Below, piece by piece: positions 35,376-49,700 of a DNA stretch of 64,000 nucleotides; the stretch's first letter is position 1; every line of letters begins with the position of its first letter. A program made the translations under genes and the position numbers. Under the pieces are notes generated by a model. The model saw nothing but the letters and a program-made list of their open reading frames with translations, was not told the origin of the DNA and searched no databases. Source of the stretch: Hyphochytrium catenoides (lineage: Eukaryota > Protista > Hyphochytriomycota); contig FLMG01004002.1 in the NCBI GenBank assembly GCA_900088475.1, positions 1 to 64,000 of the forward strand. The letters run 5' to 3'.

Positions 35376-38300
35376 TTATAAGCCGTCCTTAGGCTGCGCG
35401 TCCTTGATATAAGTTATGGCTGCTTCAAAAAGGGTAACATAATAGCCTAGCTCTCCTGTTTGCAGGCATGGTGGGAGGAGATAGGATATGAGGTGCATCT
35501 GGAGAAGAGCATTGCGTAATGCACTTCTGCAAATGGAAAAAATAAATATTGGAAGAAAGTCGTCCGCTCCCAGAGAGCGATCTTCTCCTGGATGCTCCTC
35601 CTTAAACTCTGAGTAAAGAGCACTAGCAGCCTCAACAATAGCCTAGGTGAAAAAGATAGATTTTGGTAAGCTCTTCGGTTGAAGTACGTGCGCCTTTAAA
35701 CTTCCTGGCTTTACCCCTGTTCTTCTTGCATGTCTCCTTTACTCTTATTGTTCTGCCATTTTGTCTGTTGCTAGTTCGTTGGAGGTAAACACCTTCCAAC
35801 CAGAATGCCCGCGACCCCTAGCTAACTACTCCATGTTTCACATTGGGCAATCTTTAATCCTTTACAAGGACGTGCAGGGACCTACCGCCTGTTTTTCTGA
35901 GGGCAAGGATAGCTGTTCAATCGTATCGACGGCCTGGATGACCTTATACCAGTCACGAGGAGATTGGTCGGCCTCCGGTATACCAAACCAACCCTGGGGC
36001 TTCAAAGAGAGCCATGACAGCTGCTGTGAGAAATGTTGCGCGGCCCGTGGAGAAGCGGCTGCCGATAGGGCTTCGTAAATTGATTCCTGGGGTTACTTGG
36101 TTTAGCTTTTCGGTAAACGCCTGATAGCTTTCTGATGCTTAGATGAAGCCATACCTGCAGCGCGGGGAACACCGTCCTCTCTAGCTCCAGCTGAGGTTGT
36201 AGTTAGCATGGTAAATTGGAGCGAAGAGAGATATAGAGAAAGAACAACCCCCGTTAGAACAGGTCCCTTGCGAAGTTGAGGCTACTTGTCAAGGCTGACA
36301 GAAAGACTAACAGTTTCTTTCCTACCATTACTCGACTGGACAATCTCTTCGTGCCTTCTCCATCCGGAAATAATGTAGAGACATCAACAAGCTTTCCTCG
36401 TTCATCATGTATACGGTCGACTACACGTGGAAGCATTCCATTCAAGAAGCTGCGATAGTTGGACAGAGCATCCCACGAAGCCTCTGGGGTTGCAAAGTGT
36501 CCTCCGTGGAGTCTAGTGCGAAGCTCTTTCTTGAATGCCTTGATCTGCCGGCCAAAGAGTCGTAAGTGAAGGATTGAGGCTTACGTTGACTCCTACCCCT
36601 CAATCAAAACAATTGTCCTTATCATACCGTTGTTAACCGCCCGTAATGCCAACTATATGGGTGATCAACTAGCATCCTTCATTCCCTACTCATCTTTACT
36701 TACGAATCGTTTGCACATGGCTTGAACAACCTCATCGCCCACAGTGGCCCTTATAGTCAAAATAAGAAGAGAAGACGGTGGACGCCGTTCAATAAACAGT
36801 CACCAGAAATGTGACTTCGAGATGGTGAACCTACCGCGCCATATCGGTAAGAGCCCGCGATGAAATAACGGACGCATCTTCTTCACCTTGGGCACTAAAG
36901 CCGAAGACTTGGGAATAGACACGTCTGCGCCGCTGCCGAGATGGTATGAGGGACGACAGGCATTAGGCTCGGCAGGCAAAGGTGGTATTTCATAGAAGCC
37001 AATATCATATTAGAGAGCAAGTATGCAGATAATCGGAGAAACTAGTCAATGTGGTCCATCGCCCTATCCTTTGAGGATAGTGGACATGTCAGAAGGCAGC
37101 TCTCATAATCAGAGCTACCTCAAAGAGCTTCTGAAATTGTTCCTCTTTGGCCCGTGAGCGGAAAGAGAGAACAGAGATCACGGCATCCTCCACTTCACAG
37201 ACCCAATCCTCTCGGTCAGACGGTTCGTCTGCCTGCAATAGCAAGGTCCGGGAGCAGGCAACCACCACAAAGGTGTTCTCTCGGCCTAGAGAATATCGTG
37301 TTAAATCAATAAGGTCCTTCTCAGACGCGGCCACTGCTTGACAAGAGTTATGTTAAGAAGAACGAAGACCTTGATAGCTGCTCAGAATGAGGTTGATGTC
37401 GTGGGACCAGTAGGAGGAGGACGATTTTAATTATCCTCCTTTCATACACCTTTACCTGAGTCATACATATCCGTATAGTGGACTTGGCAAGGAAAATCAC
37501 TGATTAAAATATCGTCCTTGGGCTTCTTGCAGGCTTCATCGGCGTACCACCGGAGGGCAACTCCATCTGAAGTAAAGAAATATCGCCGCCACTGCTGGCT
37601 GAGTGCAGTTTAGCAGAACAATGAGTAAGGTGCGGTAGTGGAAGCAGACCTCTCCAAGTTAGCATGCATGGACAGCTAATGTTGTGCGACGATCATGGAC
37701 GGAGAGATTGCGAAGTGACAACGAATGAGAAAGAAAATGAGGGTCAGAACTCGCTAAAAACGTTTGAACGCGTACCCTGGCACTTACAAAGTCATCTCGG
37801 TTGACCAAACACCCAAGTGCATACGAGAAACCAGAAGCCTTATCGGAGGTTGTGAAGAACAAGAAGAGTGTCAGTTGACGCCTCTACCTGTGCTCTTTAT
37901 ACAAGTGTAGCCATCCTTTCTTTCCCTCCCATTGATCGAGCTTCGTCTTCTCCTCTCCCCTCCACCACGCGACCGGCCCAAGCTCCCGTTGTCTAACCCA
38001 TTTTCGCCGCCTAACGCTCACCCCTGACTCCTCCCTCGGCCTTGGATTCCTAGCTAGAGAGTGAAAGCTGTGTCCGTAAATCCAGCCTGAGTTAGGAGCG
38101 TGGAGGGCGAAGAGATGTCAGATACTGGATTCGGTGGGATCAAGCTTTCAACGTAAGCATATGAAATATGAATGGTGTTCATCTAAGGATGAGAAGAGAT
38201 GAAGAGGACGTTATGTAAGTCTGCCGGAGAAGATTCCCTGATATGTGCGCCTTCATAGCGACGAGTATTCCATAGGGCGAACACACTGTATGGATCTACA

Positions 38301-39164
38301 TACGCCTTATCCTTACCTTGGCCGTCGCACTGACCGTCTCGTTTCTCAATCTCCCAGGCGGTAACCCATCCCCAGCCCTTGCTGTCGGCCCCAGTACCTG
38401 AAGACGGAGACGTGGGAGGGAGAGATACTCGCGGAAAAACGTGAGTAGAGTGGTTCCCATCTGCATCGCTGTACTTCCTCCTCTCTGTCAATAGCAGGTA
38501 GAGACCATGCCTGCATGGGGTTTGTCACGAGGTTGCCGAAGAGGAGAGGAAGGGCAGTAGTCAGCAGCAGTGAAGTGCCATGGAAGGGTGGAGTCATTAT
38601 GTCCCTGCAGCGAGCGTCCACTCACCTCGAGCCCCAGCCTCCAAAGAGGGAGCTGTACCTCTGATTCTCATAGACTTCTTCCGTCTGGACCACCCGGGGA
38701 TTTGCTGCCCCAAGTGACCGTCGTCTTAACGAAGAGAGTCGAATCACAGCCTTGAGAGCCATCAGAGATCGGCTGGCGCCGCCTGAATGCCCTCTTTCGA
38801 CCGATTTCTCAGATGCATGGGTGGTTAATTCCTCCCTTTCCTCCCCTTGAGTTCCTGCATCTGCGACCCCAGGAATTGGGGGAGGAGTTGCGGAGTGGAG
38901 GTTTGACGTCTTTTGCAGACAATCGCAAGGTGGAGAAGGAAGTGGGGTCGGAAGCGTTGAACTGATGCAAGTGCAGCTTTCGAGCTCCAACGACTGTAGC
39001 AAAGCGCAATCTGGGCAAGCACTGCTCCCTTCCATTATGGGCGAAGCGCCGATTGCCACATCTTTCTTAACGTCGCGGAGGCCATTCTGCCGGGAAAAGG
39101 ATCCACGTTTCTTCAGAAGCCCGCCGACATCAGAAGTGGGAGGAAGCGATTCCTGTTCCGCCAT
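35376..39164 (-). CDS. DysF-PH-VPS9 domain protein (putative Rab5-family GEF), multi-exon
   Basis: DysF: EEVYENQRY..GW, WGWVTAWEIE, GWIYG, VRRRKWVR. PH: KKGWLHL..WRRYFF..LLLQADEPSDREDW. VPS9: GADDFLPIFIF and TGELGYYVTLFEAAITYI. Stop TAA at 35376-35378. Confidence 0.85.
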
Positions 39165-39757
39165 TGGAGTGTGACACTCAGCCCAGCAACTCTTCAGCAG
39201 AGCTCTTTTCCGAAGCCAATGCAGATCCCTACATCTCCGATTCAGGTATCGCAGGACGCTTGTACTACATTGAATTAGTCTCTCTTTAGAAAGTGACTCT
39301 ACCCTCTCTCTTCTGATGTCTCATCCCGGCTTATGCTAACCCTTTCTCTCGTTTGCTCTTGTTCCTCACGCCGCGCTGAGCACTTGGATCGACCCGTTTG
39401 AGACGCTGAAAGAGTCCATGCTGCCTCTGCGCTGGGCCGACCTACCCCCGCAGGCCATCATCAGAACAGTTACAAGACTGGAGACTTTCACTACTTGAAA
39501 AGGATCGGAGATGTCCAGGGGGTGTTCTGAAAATGCCCTCATTATCTGGGAGGAGCAGCAGAGAAAGATTTTTGTGCCTTTTGTCGCATCAACAAATGAA
39601 GCTTTTGCTGCGAAGGGCAGGGCGTGCAGACCTGGAGGAGATGGGCTACGTGTCCACAGCTCATCGGGGGAAGTGGTGACCAAGCGCATGGACGGATCAT
39701 CCTGCCTTCTTGTCGCGGCCTCACGATGGAGTAGCTGGTGAAGAGGTCTATAGAACG
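39165..39757. promoter_or_regulatory. Probable bidirectional promoter between the VPS9 gene and COG5
   Basis: Head-to-head ATGs about 590 bp apart. Confidence 0.5.
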
Positions 39758-42700
39758 ATGGCGCTGGAGCCACCCCCGAGGCGGCCGTCTCGACCATCCT
39801 TCAGCAGGTCCACCTCAGACCTGGCTTCTTTTGAGGAGATCCATGGATTACATCAAGCACATGAAGGGCAGCAAAATCCTAAGGATCTGGTGGAGGAGAT
39901 CGCTAGAGACGGTAAGACAAGCTCCCAAGCGATGCTAAGGGCGGTGTCATGATGCTAAACCGCTAGCTCGTTTGCAGAACGCTTCGTGGACTTTCTCTCT
40001 GAGAACTTTGATGCCGTGCGGTTTGCAAGTAACATCATCTCCAGCGATGCCGTCGAAGTTGGTCAGCAACCACCTGCGACCGGCCGCACAAGTGAGGAGT
40101 ACCAGGCAGCAATGGACGCTTACGTGCAGCGCATAGAGACCACCATCCAGAACTATGTAGCTCGAAGCCACGAAGATCTTATCGGTCAACTCACCTCTGC
40201 CGATAGGCTAGCCAAGACTACCGAGGTGGTGCGGACCAACGTCGGCACTCTGAAAGGTGCAATAGCTGACATCAAGGAAGAAGTGAAGGTCCCGGCCGAT
40301 AACCTCAGAGTCTTGGTGAGGCGAGCCAGGAGAGTGCAGGATGCGAATGACTTATTGAGAAAAATTCTTCGGCTGTCCACCGCACTGAAAAAACTCCGTC
40401 TCTCCTTGGACGTTAAGAAAAGTTTCGCTGAACTGAGAACAGTCGGTGTTAGTGCGTTTGAGAACCTTCCAACAGCTGCGGAGAGCGTTCAGGAGATAGA
40501 GTGCGTGATGAGCCAACTGGATGCCAGCCGGGTAGAGGCGATAGCCATAGAGATAGGTTATATCAAGAAGGCTTCGAAGCTGGTTCGAGAGCTCTCAGAT
40601 GAGCTGTTCATGGCTGGGGCGGAGGCAATGAACCAGACAGAAATCGGCATCGCACTGCAGGTCTTTTACCATTTGAAGTGTCTCAGAGAAAAGGTGTCTG
40701 GCCTTATTCGGCTCACAGTGCAGAGCGGAGAGGGACAATTTCAACGAATGATGGAGAGCTTAGAAGCAGTGGATACCGAGGCAGGTAGCGGAGTCACTGG
40801 AGGAAGAGACGCAGATGGCCCTCAGCTCCGAATGAGGCTTGCCTCTCAGATGGAGCTGATCATGGAAATAGTGCAGACGTACGCTCTCCAGGTAGGTCTA
40901 GTGTCTGACTCTTACTTTGGGCTGTTACCCACTCAATACTTATCATATGTTGCCTTTGTGACAGGTTTGGACGCTCCAGAAGGTCTTGGGTAAGAAGCGT
41001 GACCCATTCACGAGGGTGCGATTTCTAGACGAGGTCATCTCGCAGGGAGAGCAGTCCATTTTCAGCAACTTCTGGCAGCAAATGACAAGCGCTTTAGAGG
41101 GCCAGGTAGGATGTCCACCTCTGCTAATAGCTAATGACCGAATTCTAGAAAGTTGGAGTTGATGGGCAGAGTGAAAAGCAAAAAGGGAGAGGTTTTGACA
41201 AGAGGAAGGAATGGGTCAGTTGCACCGAAAGATATGAAGTAGCCAAAGGACCGGTTTCCGTGGCGTGAGCGGTTTAAACGGGAATTGCTAATAACTTGAA
41301 GTCGAAAGGGATGACAAGGACGTGTTGTACAACGGAAGAGAGAATATCATTCCCTTCTAAAAGCAAAGCTTCGTCTGCGATCTCTTCCCTTCTTCTGCAG
41401 TTTAAGAAGAGCCTCGCACGTCCGTCTACTGGAGTTGAATACCTCATAAGTGTCTACCCCTACCTTAGGAGTTCCGCTCACATCATGCTAGATCGACTAG
41501 CTCGCTCTACGGAGAAGGGGGCTGCCAGCGCTCGATCTTCAGCTATCGCACTACCCTATCAAAGCGGGACTGAAGATGAGGATATGCACAGAATGTCGGG
41601 GCTTCGAAGTCAAGAGAGGAAGCTCTTCTTAGGATGCTTTCGACCTTTACACGACGCCTTTCTAATTCGTTCGCTGAAGCGGCTGCTGGCACCAATACAA
41701 CTGATGTTTCCAAAGTCAGAAGCCTACCACGTCGGTGTTCCAAGTAAGAGTGACACCATGACCTTCATCACAGGTACGTCTTACTTAGCTTGTATGCTGA
41801 AGATGGATAAGGATAAGGGTAATAGGGCAGCCAATAACTTTGGCTTACAATGTCTTTTCAGCCATGCGACAAGAGATGGAGTCTTGTGACCATGACACTG
41901 GACTTACTGTCGCCACTCTGGGCGGCGTGAACAAAGCCATCAATTATTTTGCCAATAACTTAGAGGAACTCATCGATTCTTCAAAGAACGCCCTCCAGTT
42001 TGACCAGGGGAAGCCCCGTACAGCCGAGCAGGCGCATAACATAGCAATATTACAGACAATTGCATTACTAGAGAGCGCCATAGACGGCCTATCATCGGGC
42101 ATTGGACAGAGCAAGTCCATGCTAGGGGGAGCCATCGAACAAGACTTGGTAAGATTGCCATTTTGTTCTGCTGAGTAGTTGCAAGGTTGGCCGAAAGGCG
42201 CACAAGGCGCAAAAGCTTAGAAAAGCTCCTAGCGAGGAATGGGAGAGCGTAAACGGGGCAGCAAGTTCAGTGCTCGCAGCAAGCTCAGGAGCTGAAGAAA
42301 TTCGCTTGCTAATCTCTGCAGGCTGTTGCTGAGAGAACATCTATTGTGAGGAACGCAACGAAGAAGTCCAAGGAATGCCTAGAAGTCCTTGCGGTCCAGA
42401 TTTTGGTAAGATGTATCTGCACCGATGAGTGGTAGGACAGTGACCACTAAAATATCCTTTGCCGTACCCGCACTTCTCGACGTGTCCCAAATTTCGCTCC
42501 TTTTCTTCCTAGCGTTCCTACCTGTCAGGTGCTAGCCACCTAACAGACAACGTCCTAGCATCCATGCACCTAGAGAGCTTTGGGGGCAACACCACGGTTG
42601 GGTTAACGACCAGAACGTCTTCCCGTTATATCACCCACCTTGCTAGCCTCCTTGCTTATCTCAAAAGAGACCACTTTACATACTTTCCACGGGCGGCGTG

Positions 42701-43584
42701 GACCACGAAATGCCTAATCGAGTTTGCCGGACGGCTTGTGTCTGTATTCATGAAGCATGTCTGCTTGGTGAGTAACCCCTACAAAGATATCACCACAACA
42801 AAGGCTCTAGTATTTGCTGCCTCTATGACTCGGCAAAGTTCTAGTGAGCCTCTTAAATCTAATCCTTCAGCTTCAGTTCCTAAATCTTGCAATCTGCCGT
42901 AGGTGAAGCCCTTGGGAGAAGAAGGGAAACTGAAAATTGCACAAGATATCACCCAGTTGGAGCTCGCTGTGGGCAACATTATTGGTGTCGAGCAGCTTGG
43001 CGCTCAGTACGAGGAGCTGAAGTCGTTGAAGAAGCTTCTGTTTCTGGACTTGAAGGAGATTGCTCAGGACTCTTCGTTGGACACTTTGAGGCCCAGTATT
43101 GTATGGCACAATCTTATTGCCAGAGGGCCACCGGATTTGGAGATGCCTTACGTTCGGGCGGGTTGGACCCCTGGCCGATATGTGCTCTGGATGGACCAGG
43201 ATGCCGGAAAAAGCGAGACTGAGGTTGCGTCGGAAGACACGCTAATTCATTATCGCTCCGTAACGGATTTGAAGTTTGTTCTACGAGCGGAGGTAGGCTG
43301 TCCCGATGAGAAGGCAATACTATGATACGTCTTCGCTTATTGACAAGCTTCCCTAACGGCATTTTCCTAACGATAACCTCGCCCTTCAAATGCTATGTGC
43401 TTTCTCGCTTACATCATAGGGGAAGATCTGGAAGGAGGTTCGCGAAAGTTTGGATCTTTATGCTCAGCGTGTAAACGCCACAGGAGAGAAAAATTATCAT
43501 CCTGTGTATAGCTTTTTAGTAGAGTCTGGGACGGAGCTGCTTGCCTCCTACGAAGCTTATGCTTTTGGCGTTAAGGGTGATTGA
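39758..43584 (+). CDS. COG5: Conserved oligomeric Golgi complex subunit 5, multi-exon
   Basis: Exon 1 MALEPP..ARD splices into ERFVDFLSENFDAVRFAS. Also NQTEIGIALQVFYHL, QVWTLQKVLGKKRDP, KPLGEEGKLKIAQDITQLELA and YAQRV..YHPVY. Stop TGA ends at 43584. Confidence 0.9.
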
Positions 43585-43762
43585 GGTTGACAGCTGCACA
43601 CCCACGGACTAGCCAGGATGGAAAAGGTTCCTCTATGTAAAGAAGGTATTAACCCGTATCTTATTTATTTCTTGGCATGTTAATGCTTCTGCGACGAACA
43701 ATACCCGTGCCGCCGTCTCTAGAAACGATTTCATCCTTTCTTGTTTCACTTAAGGCTGCCCC

Positions 43763-46700
43763 TTAGTAGATCAGGGAGCAGAAGCAAGCCACCCCTGCCT
43801 TGATCCAATAATCTTGGTCGGACACCTTTACGATGGCGTTCGTCTCAGAAACAAGTGCCTGGCGTTGAATGGACCGTCTGTCCGATGGTATTTCAAGCCA
43901 AAAGATGAAGTTGGTAGAGTGCCCAGTGGTGGAAAGAGACCCCGTACGCGTGAGGATTTTGTAGACTGGGCAACGGTAAACGCCGCCTATTTGGAGAGGA
44001 AGTAAACCAGATTAGTCATCGGGAAACGCACCAGCAGAAATTATAAGAAGGTAGCCAGGATTGAGCTCTCAACTATGGCGGCTATAGGTCATGCTCGAAG
44101 AGGAATTGGTGTCGAAGAGTAAGAACCTTACTTTTAGGTGCCAGGCGATTAGGTTCGGGTATAAGATGTATGACAGGCATTGGGGCGAAGAGTTCCTTAG
44201 GTTTGGGATCGACCAGTGAGCGCTTCTCAGGGTCCCATCTGGCGCCCTCAATGTATAGTCCTACAACATGGCCATGGTAAGAAAGAAAAGTAAGGATGTA
44301 CACCAATTGAGAGCATCGGGAGGAAAAAGGAACGTAAGGGTTCTTCCGAGAGTGCGGGATGATAAAGGCCAGAGAGCTTGGCTATATGCGCTGTCGTACC
44401 TTTGATGTAGCAACCCCGGTCCGGCTTCCCAGCCACGGACTCCTTGAATTGGAATCCAAAGGAAAGAAGATCGATTGGAATCTTCTCTCTACGTGCGTGG
44501 TTCTGGAGAGTTCCTGTCAGGAAGCTCTGAGGGAAGAAGAAGCCGCTAATCCAGAAGACATCTGGAACTCCACTTTTCACCCATGTGGAAAGAAACCCGA
44601 CTCTGTCTAACAAGTCATTAAACCAGGCTGGCAGAGGCTTCAACGATGGATAGGCTCTGCTCTCCCATTCAGCTGGGACTTTCTGGGTGTAAATACTGGT
44701 TGCCATAGCCTCTAACTCTGCCGACATCAAAACTAAACCCTTAAGAGCCTTTCTGAGCTCTGGTAGTGAGGCTTTGAGGAGATGGAGAAGGGTGTTGAAG
44801 CGTCCGGCCTCCTGCAAGAGGACCGTGTTCATCGACTCTTCGTACCGTGTCGGGTATTGCATACCAATGGCCTGTCATAAGAAGTAAAGAGAGAGGACAA
44901 GGCGGATAGGTGATTGGCCGATCTTAGTGAGCTAGGACAGCAATCTCCACGAAAAAACAGGGTGGTTGTAAGCTTAGTGAAGCACGGCGGGAGTTGGGAG
45001 GAGACGAGGAAAGCAGCCACCAAAGTGAAGAAAAGCAGCTGGCACCAAAGTTGGGTTACTCTTGACCTGGGCAATAAACTAACATGCTAAACAAGAGAGG
45101 AAAGGAATGATGTTCTAGCACCAATGTGGGTAAGCCCCATCCGGAGCAGGCGAGTCGCGAGAAGAAGGGTTTACCTCTAAGTTGAATAGCTCAGGCAGCC
45201 GCTCCTGCATATCCCGAACTGTCTCTTCAATGATCTCCTCCCGGCTCTTTCCCTCGCCGCCGGTGACTCTGGGTTGCAAGCTCAGCAGAGTATCAAAGAG
45301 GCCATACGTCTCCGCTATAGCGCAAGTAACATTCGCATTCTCGTGCATGCCGAAGACTTCGGGCTCGGCATTGATGGGGAGAGAATCGATGTAGCTCAGA
45401 TAGCTCTTCCATGCACTCTTTCCTGACTCTGGGGAGTAAGAGCGGTAGGTGCCGCTCTTCGAGAAGGCGTAACCTTCTTCCAGCACCTCCTTACAGAAGA
45501 AATCAGAGAGAATGACATCAATCGTCCTCATATCTTTATCGTCTGTCACTCTGCCGCCATAGTTCACAACAGACGTCATCACTTTGAGAACACGGAAAGG
45601 GATCTCGTCGTACTTGTCCAAGAACATCTCAAGCTGAGAGAGTGAGATGTCAAAGTCTGTTTCGTTGAATTGGTAGGGAATGTTCCAGCCAAGAGGACCG
45701 AACTTCCTTCTCTCGAGGATATTCGCATGGAAGAAAGAGAGAGCGAAGACTAACTTCTTGTATATCTCAGGCTTAGATGTTCTTTCCAGCTTCTTTTCGT
45801 CCAACTTCAGATACGTCGCCTTGAGGTTTGCCCTCAGACCCTTCGGGGGCTCCTTTGTCATCTTGACCCCACTCTGAAGAACAGAGGAAGGAAAAGCCTT
45901 CGATGGTAGAGAAGTGAGCCACAGTCTAAAGTCCTTGTGCACCGTCTTCGGGTCTAGCTCTTCCACGATCCTTTCCAACTCTGGCATCCACGATGTGGCG
46001 AGGTGACAGTTCTGAAGAAGAACCCATTTTCCTTCCTGTCGCCCTTCGTGAATCATGTTATTTGCCAGAGGGCCTTGGCCTTGGCCTAAAGATATGGAAA
46101 GGACCTTCTTGCTCATCTTCATCTCTTCGGCATAAGAAAGCAAGTCCTTCGCAGGATCACTACCTGGAGACAGGACGAAGATGAGAGGGGATGAGGGCGA
46201 GGAGTCCATAAAGGCTCCTCCTAGATCAAAAGGAGGAGGTTCAATGAATTTGTTCCCCATCTCAGCGGCCACGAAGTCCTGGATGGCCTCCGTAATCTTG
46301 TCAGGGCGGAGACACCGTATAATAAGAAGCTTCTCAAAGTTGTTGAGACGTGCCTCATAAGGAGAAGGAAAGCGGTGTCTCTGCATCTCCGCTTGTTGGA
46401 TGAGTAGCTGCCAGGCGTTGAGGTTCGATGTGATGGCAGAGGCTAGGTCTGTGAAGGGGGGAATGGTGCTGAGGGCACAGAGCTGGAACGGATAGGAATG
46501 ATTGTGAGGACAAGACAGCAAGAGGGCATTAGCTGACTGCCTGGGGATCATCTAAAGAAAGGAGAACGTCTAAGTGAGGCAAGACACTATCTAAGGTACC
46601 CCTGGCATAATAAATGAAGACGGTCGAAGCTCACCTCATCCCAAGCTCTCTTATCTATCCAATCCGGAGCAGGATTGACAAGACTCTCTGCCTTGGAAGC

Positions 46701-49700
46701 GGAGGAGGACATGCCCGACAAAAGGAATCGCCAGTGCTCACTATTGATTCTATTTTGTCCCTGCAGGATCTTAATGCAGAGAAGGAAAGAGAAAAGGAGT
46801 TTGTGCTTCTCAAAAAGAGAGCGACATATGTTTTTGTATAGCGAGTAGGTCACATAGTGCAGCAAGTTCTGCAGTCGTTGCTTAACATCCAACGACTTCT
46901 CTGCGCTGCGGATGCCCTGGATGGCAGGAGCCAGCGTGAGTGCTCAGATGAAGAATAGCATCAAAACAGCACGTCAGTCAACAGGAAGCAGAGTCACTTC
47001 GGTGTTCTCCAGACAAGTGCAATTAGGTTGCCAGAGTATGGATGTAACAGAAATGTTCACTAGGCAAGGGAAGGATCCAGTGTCGTTCTTCAGAAACTTG
47101 AACTGAAGGACAGCCTTGTGACGCCGTTAGTCGTGGGCTTACCTTGATGAAGAGCTCAATGAACCACGTGAGCGAATATTGGTACATAGGGTCCACCATT
47201 GCAAGATCAGATATACAGAAGTAAAGCAGTGATGCGCGAGCAGCGACAGCTCTAGTTTGTCAAAAAAAGAGGCGGAACAGTGGATACAGCATACACAGCA
47301 CAAGTTAGACTCGACGGTCGGAAATCGCGATCAATAAAAAGTAGCCACCTGTATGTCTCTCTGGTCTCATCAATGGTGCGTTCGGTCTCTTCTGCCTCTG
47401 CCATCTTGGTGCTGATGTTCTCAGAAGTGACCTTTGCCTTTCCTGAGGTTGGGTTCGGATAAGTAAAACGAAAGAAGTACCTCTGAAGGAGAACAGTCAA
47501 GTCAAACCAGCTCCTCTCCCTGTGTCACACCCCCTAGCGCAAATGACTCGCGTCTTCTATGCCTACTAACCTAGGGTGGATATAAGCTCCGTGTCATCGA
47601 GCACATTCCCCTTAGAATTGGCAAGCATTTGTAGGATCTTATTCTCAATATCCACCAGCTCAGCTCTCATTCTGGCGCTATTAACAGTGAGGGTGCTCTT
47701 CCTCTCTGCCAACTCCGGCAGCTCTTCTTGCACCACAACCCCAAGGGCTTGGTCCTCGAGACCTAGTCATTGAGCACCAGGTTATAAGAATAGTGGCCAC
47801 CAAAGGTAAAAAGGCCGGCTTGATAGCAAACAGATTGCGAAATGTCAAAAAATAAACTTGGAACTCACAGATCGCGTACTAGTTTAAGATCATCCAGAAC
47901 GACGGAGATAAAGAAGCTTTACCTTTCGGGGTAATGGTAAAGTTTAACAGTGACACTTTGACGCAGATCTCCGGTGGGTAGTGGGGGTTGGGCAGTTTGG
48001 TGGTCATAAAGAACTTGAAGCCATCATTGTAGGGGACTGACGCCTCGCCCAACCGCATCATGAGCTGTCCCCCTTGGCGGTACTTCTGTTGCAGAAGGAC
48101 GGGCTCCAGGGCCGCATCAAGCTCTTCTCCGATGTTCTCAAGGAGAATCCACTTTCCGAATCTGACCCCATTCTCTATAAGGGCCGTCAAATCAAAAGAG
48201 AGAGCAGAAAAGCATGGAGCAGAGAGCTTAATGCGCTGGCCAAGGGTTGGGAGGAAGCAAGGAAGGTGTGAAGATGTGCTCTAGAAGATCCTGATAGAGT
48301 GAAAGATCCATACCGAGGGTGCGGAGAAAGTTTTTGTCCGACAATTTGATCACCTCCAGACCGCTTTCTGCTGAATCCTTTCCCAGGTTTTTGATAAAAC
48401 GATTTGCCTGGCCCTGAGGATCGACCAGAAGTGGCCACCGCCGAGCTCGAGACATAATTATTCCTGAGAAGCGGGGAATGGAGTGTTTGAGTCCTACCTT
48501 TGCTCCTGTGCTCATTGTAGCAGAGCCAATCACTCTATTGAGGATTGTGTTCTTAGAATTTGAAAAACATAACCTTACCGTTTTGTACGGACAGCGCATC
48601 CGATGGAAGACCAGCTAATTGCCACGCCCTGACCCTCACTGGATCTGCGAGAGTCGAAAGGATGGAACAGTTCGCAGTGTGCGGTAAGCCCAGGTGAAGA
48701 AGCTTTCCCTGCCATTCCTTGACGCACTCTTCACGGTACTCGTACGTGAACGCTCCCAAGTAGCTCACCTGAAAAGAGTCAGAAGTAGTCAAGCAAACCG
48801 GTGAGCGCATTTGGCATGCCGGAGTCTAATCTAATTCTCAATCGCTAGAATATGTTAGCGTGACTAGGGGATGACATGGCCTCAGGACAGCGTAGCTGAA
48901 ATCTACCATGAGAGAGACTAAGCTTGGTAAGATACACAGAACGCAGGGTGGATAGGGAATGGAGGAGAAACAGTCGGCGGGAGCAATGGAGAGGAGTTAA
49001 TGACTCACCGTCGCAGCTGCTACCGCCACATCTCCGGGAAGATTCCCTATACTCTGCTGCAATCTCTCCACTGTCTCTCCCCATCTAACTTCCTCTCCTC
49101 CGAGAAGGGCAATGAGCTTCAAAGCAGAATCCAGTCTCGTCTCACACTGCTTGCAGTCAGCCGCTAACTTCTCCTTTTTACTCTCACCCTCCTGGAACTT
49201 GCTTTCCAACTCCTCCAGTCTGTTAGTGACGTCCTGAAGCTTGGCTTTCGCGAGGGAGAGTGCCTGCTCTGACTCTTTCAGGTCATCTTCTGCTGCTTTC
49301 AGGGCCCGGCGCTTTGGCTCCACAGCGACCGCGACTCTATTATACGTGTACATCGCGCGAACCCACATGCAGATAGCGGTGCACGCCTACAGACATAACG
49401 GTCGATACAAAGGTGTAGCACAAGAGGCATAGAGTGAACCACAGGCATTTTGAACTCTTGATCGCTGACTGCCTATACTTCTAAGAGGACCCTTCAATTC
49501 CCAACGGTTTACCTTGGATGCCTTTTGTATGGCGTCTGGCGTGAAGTTTTGGTCCTGAATATATGGCTCTATCTCTGCAATCACTGCCTCCGGAATATTG
49601 TCTTTGTCGAAGGTCAGCATGGAGTTCATGAAACCCTTTGGATCTAGCAGAAGGCTGCGCTGTGCCGCTTCCCAGTAATCAGTAATCTAGACAGCATCGC

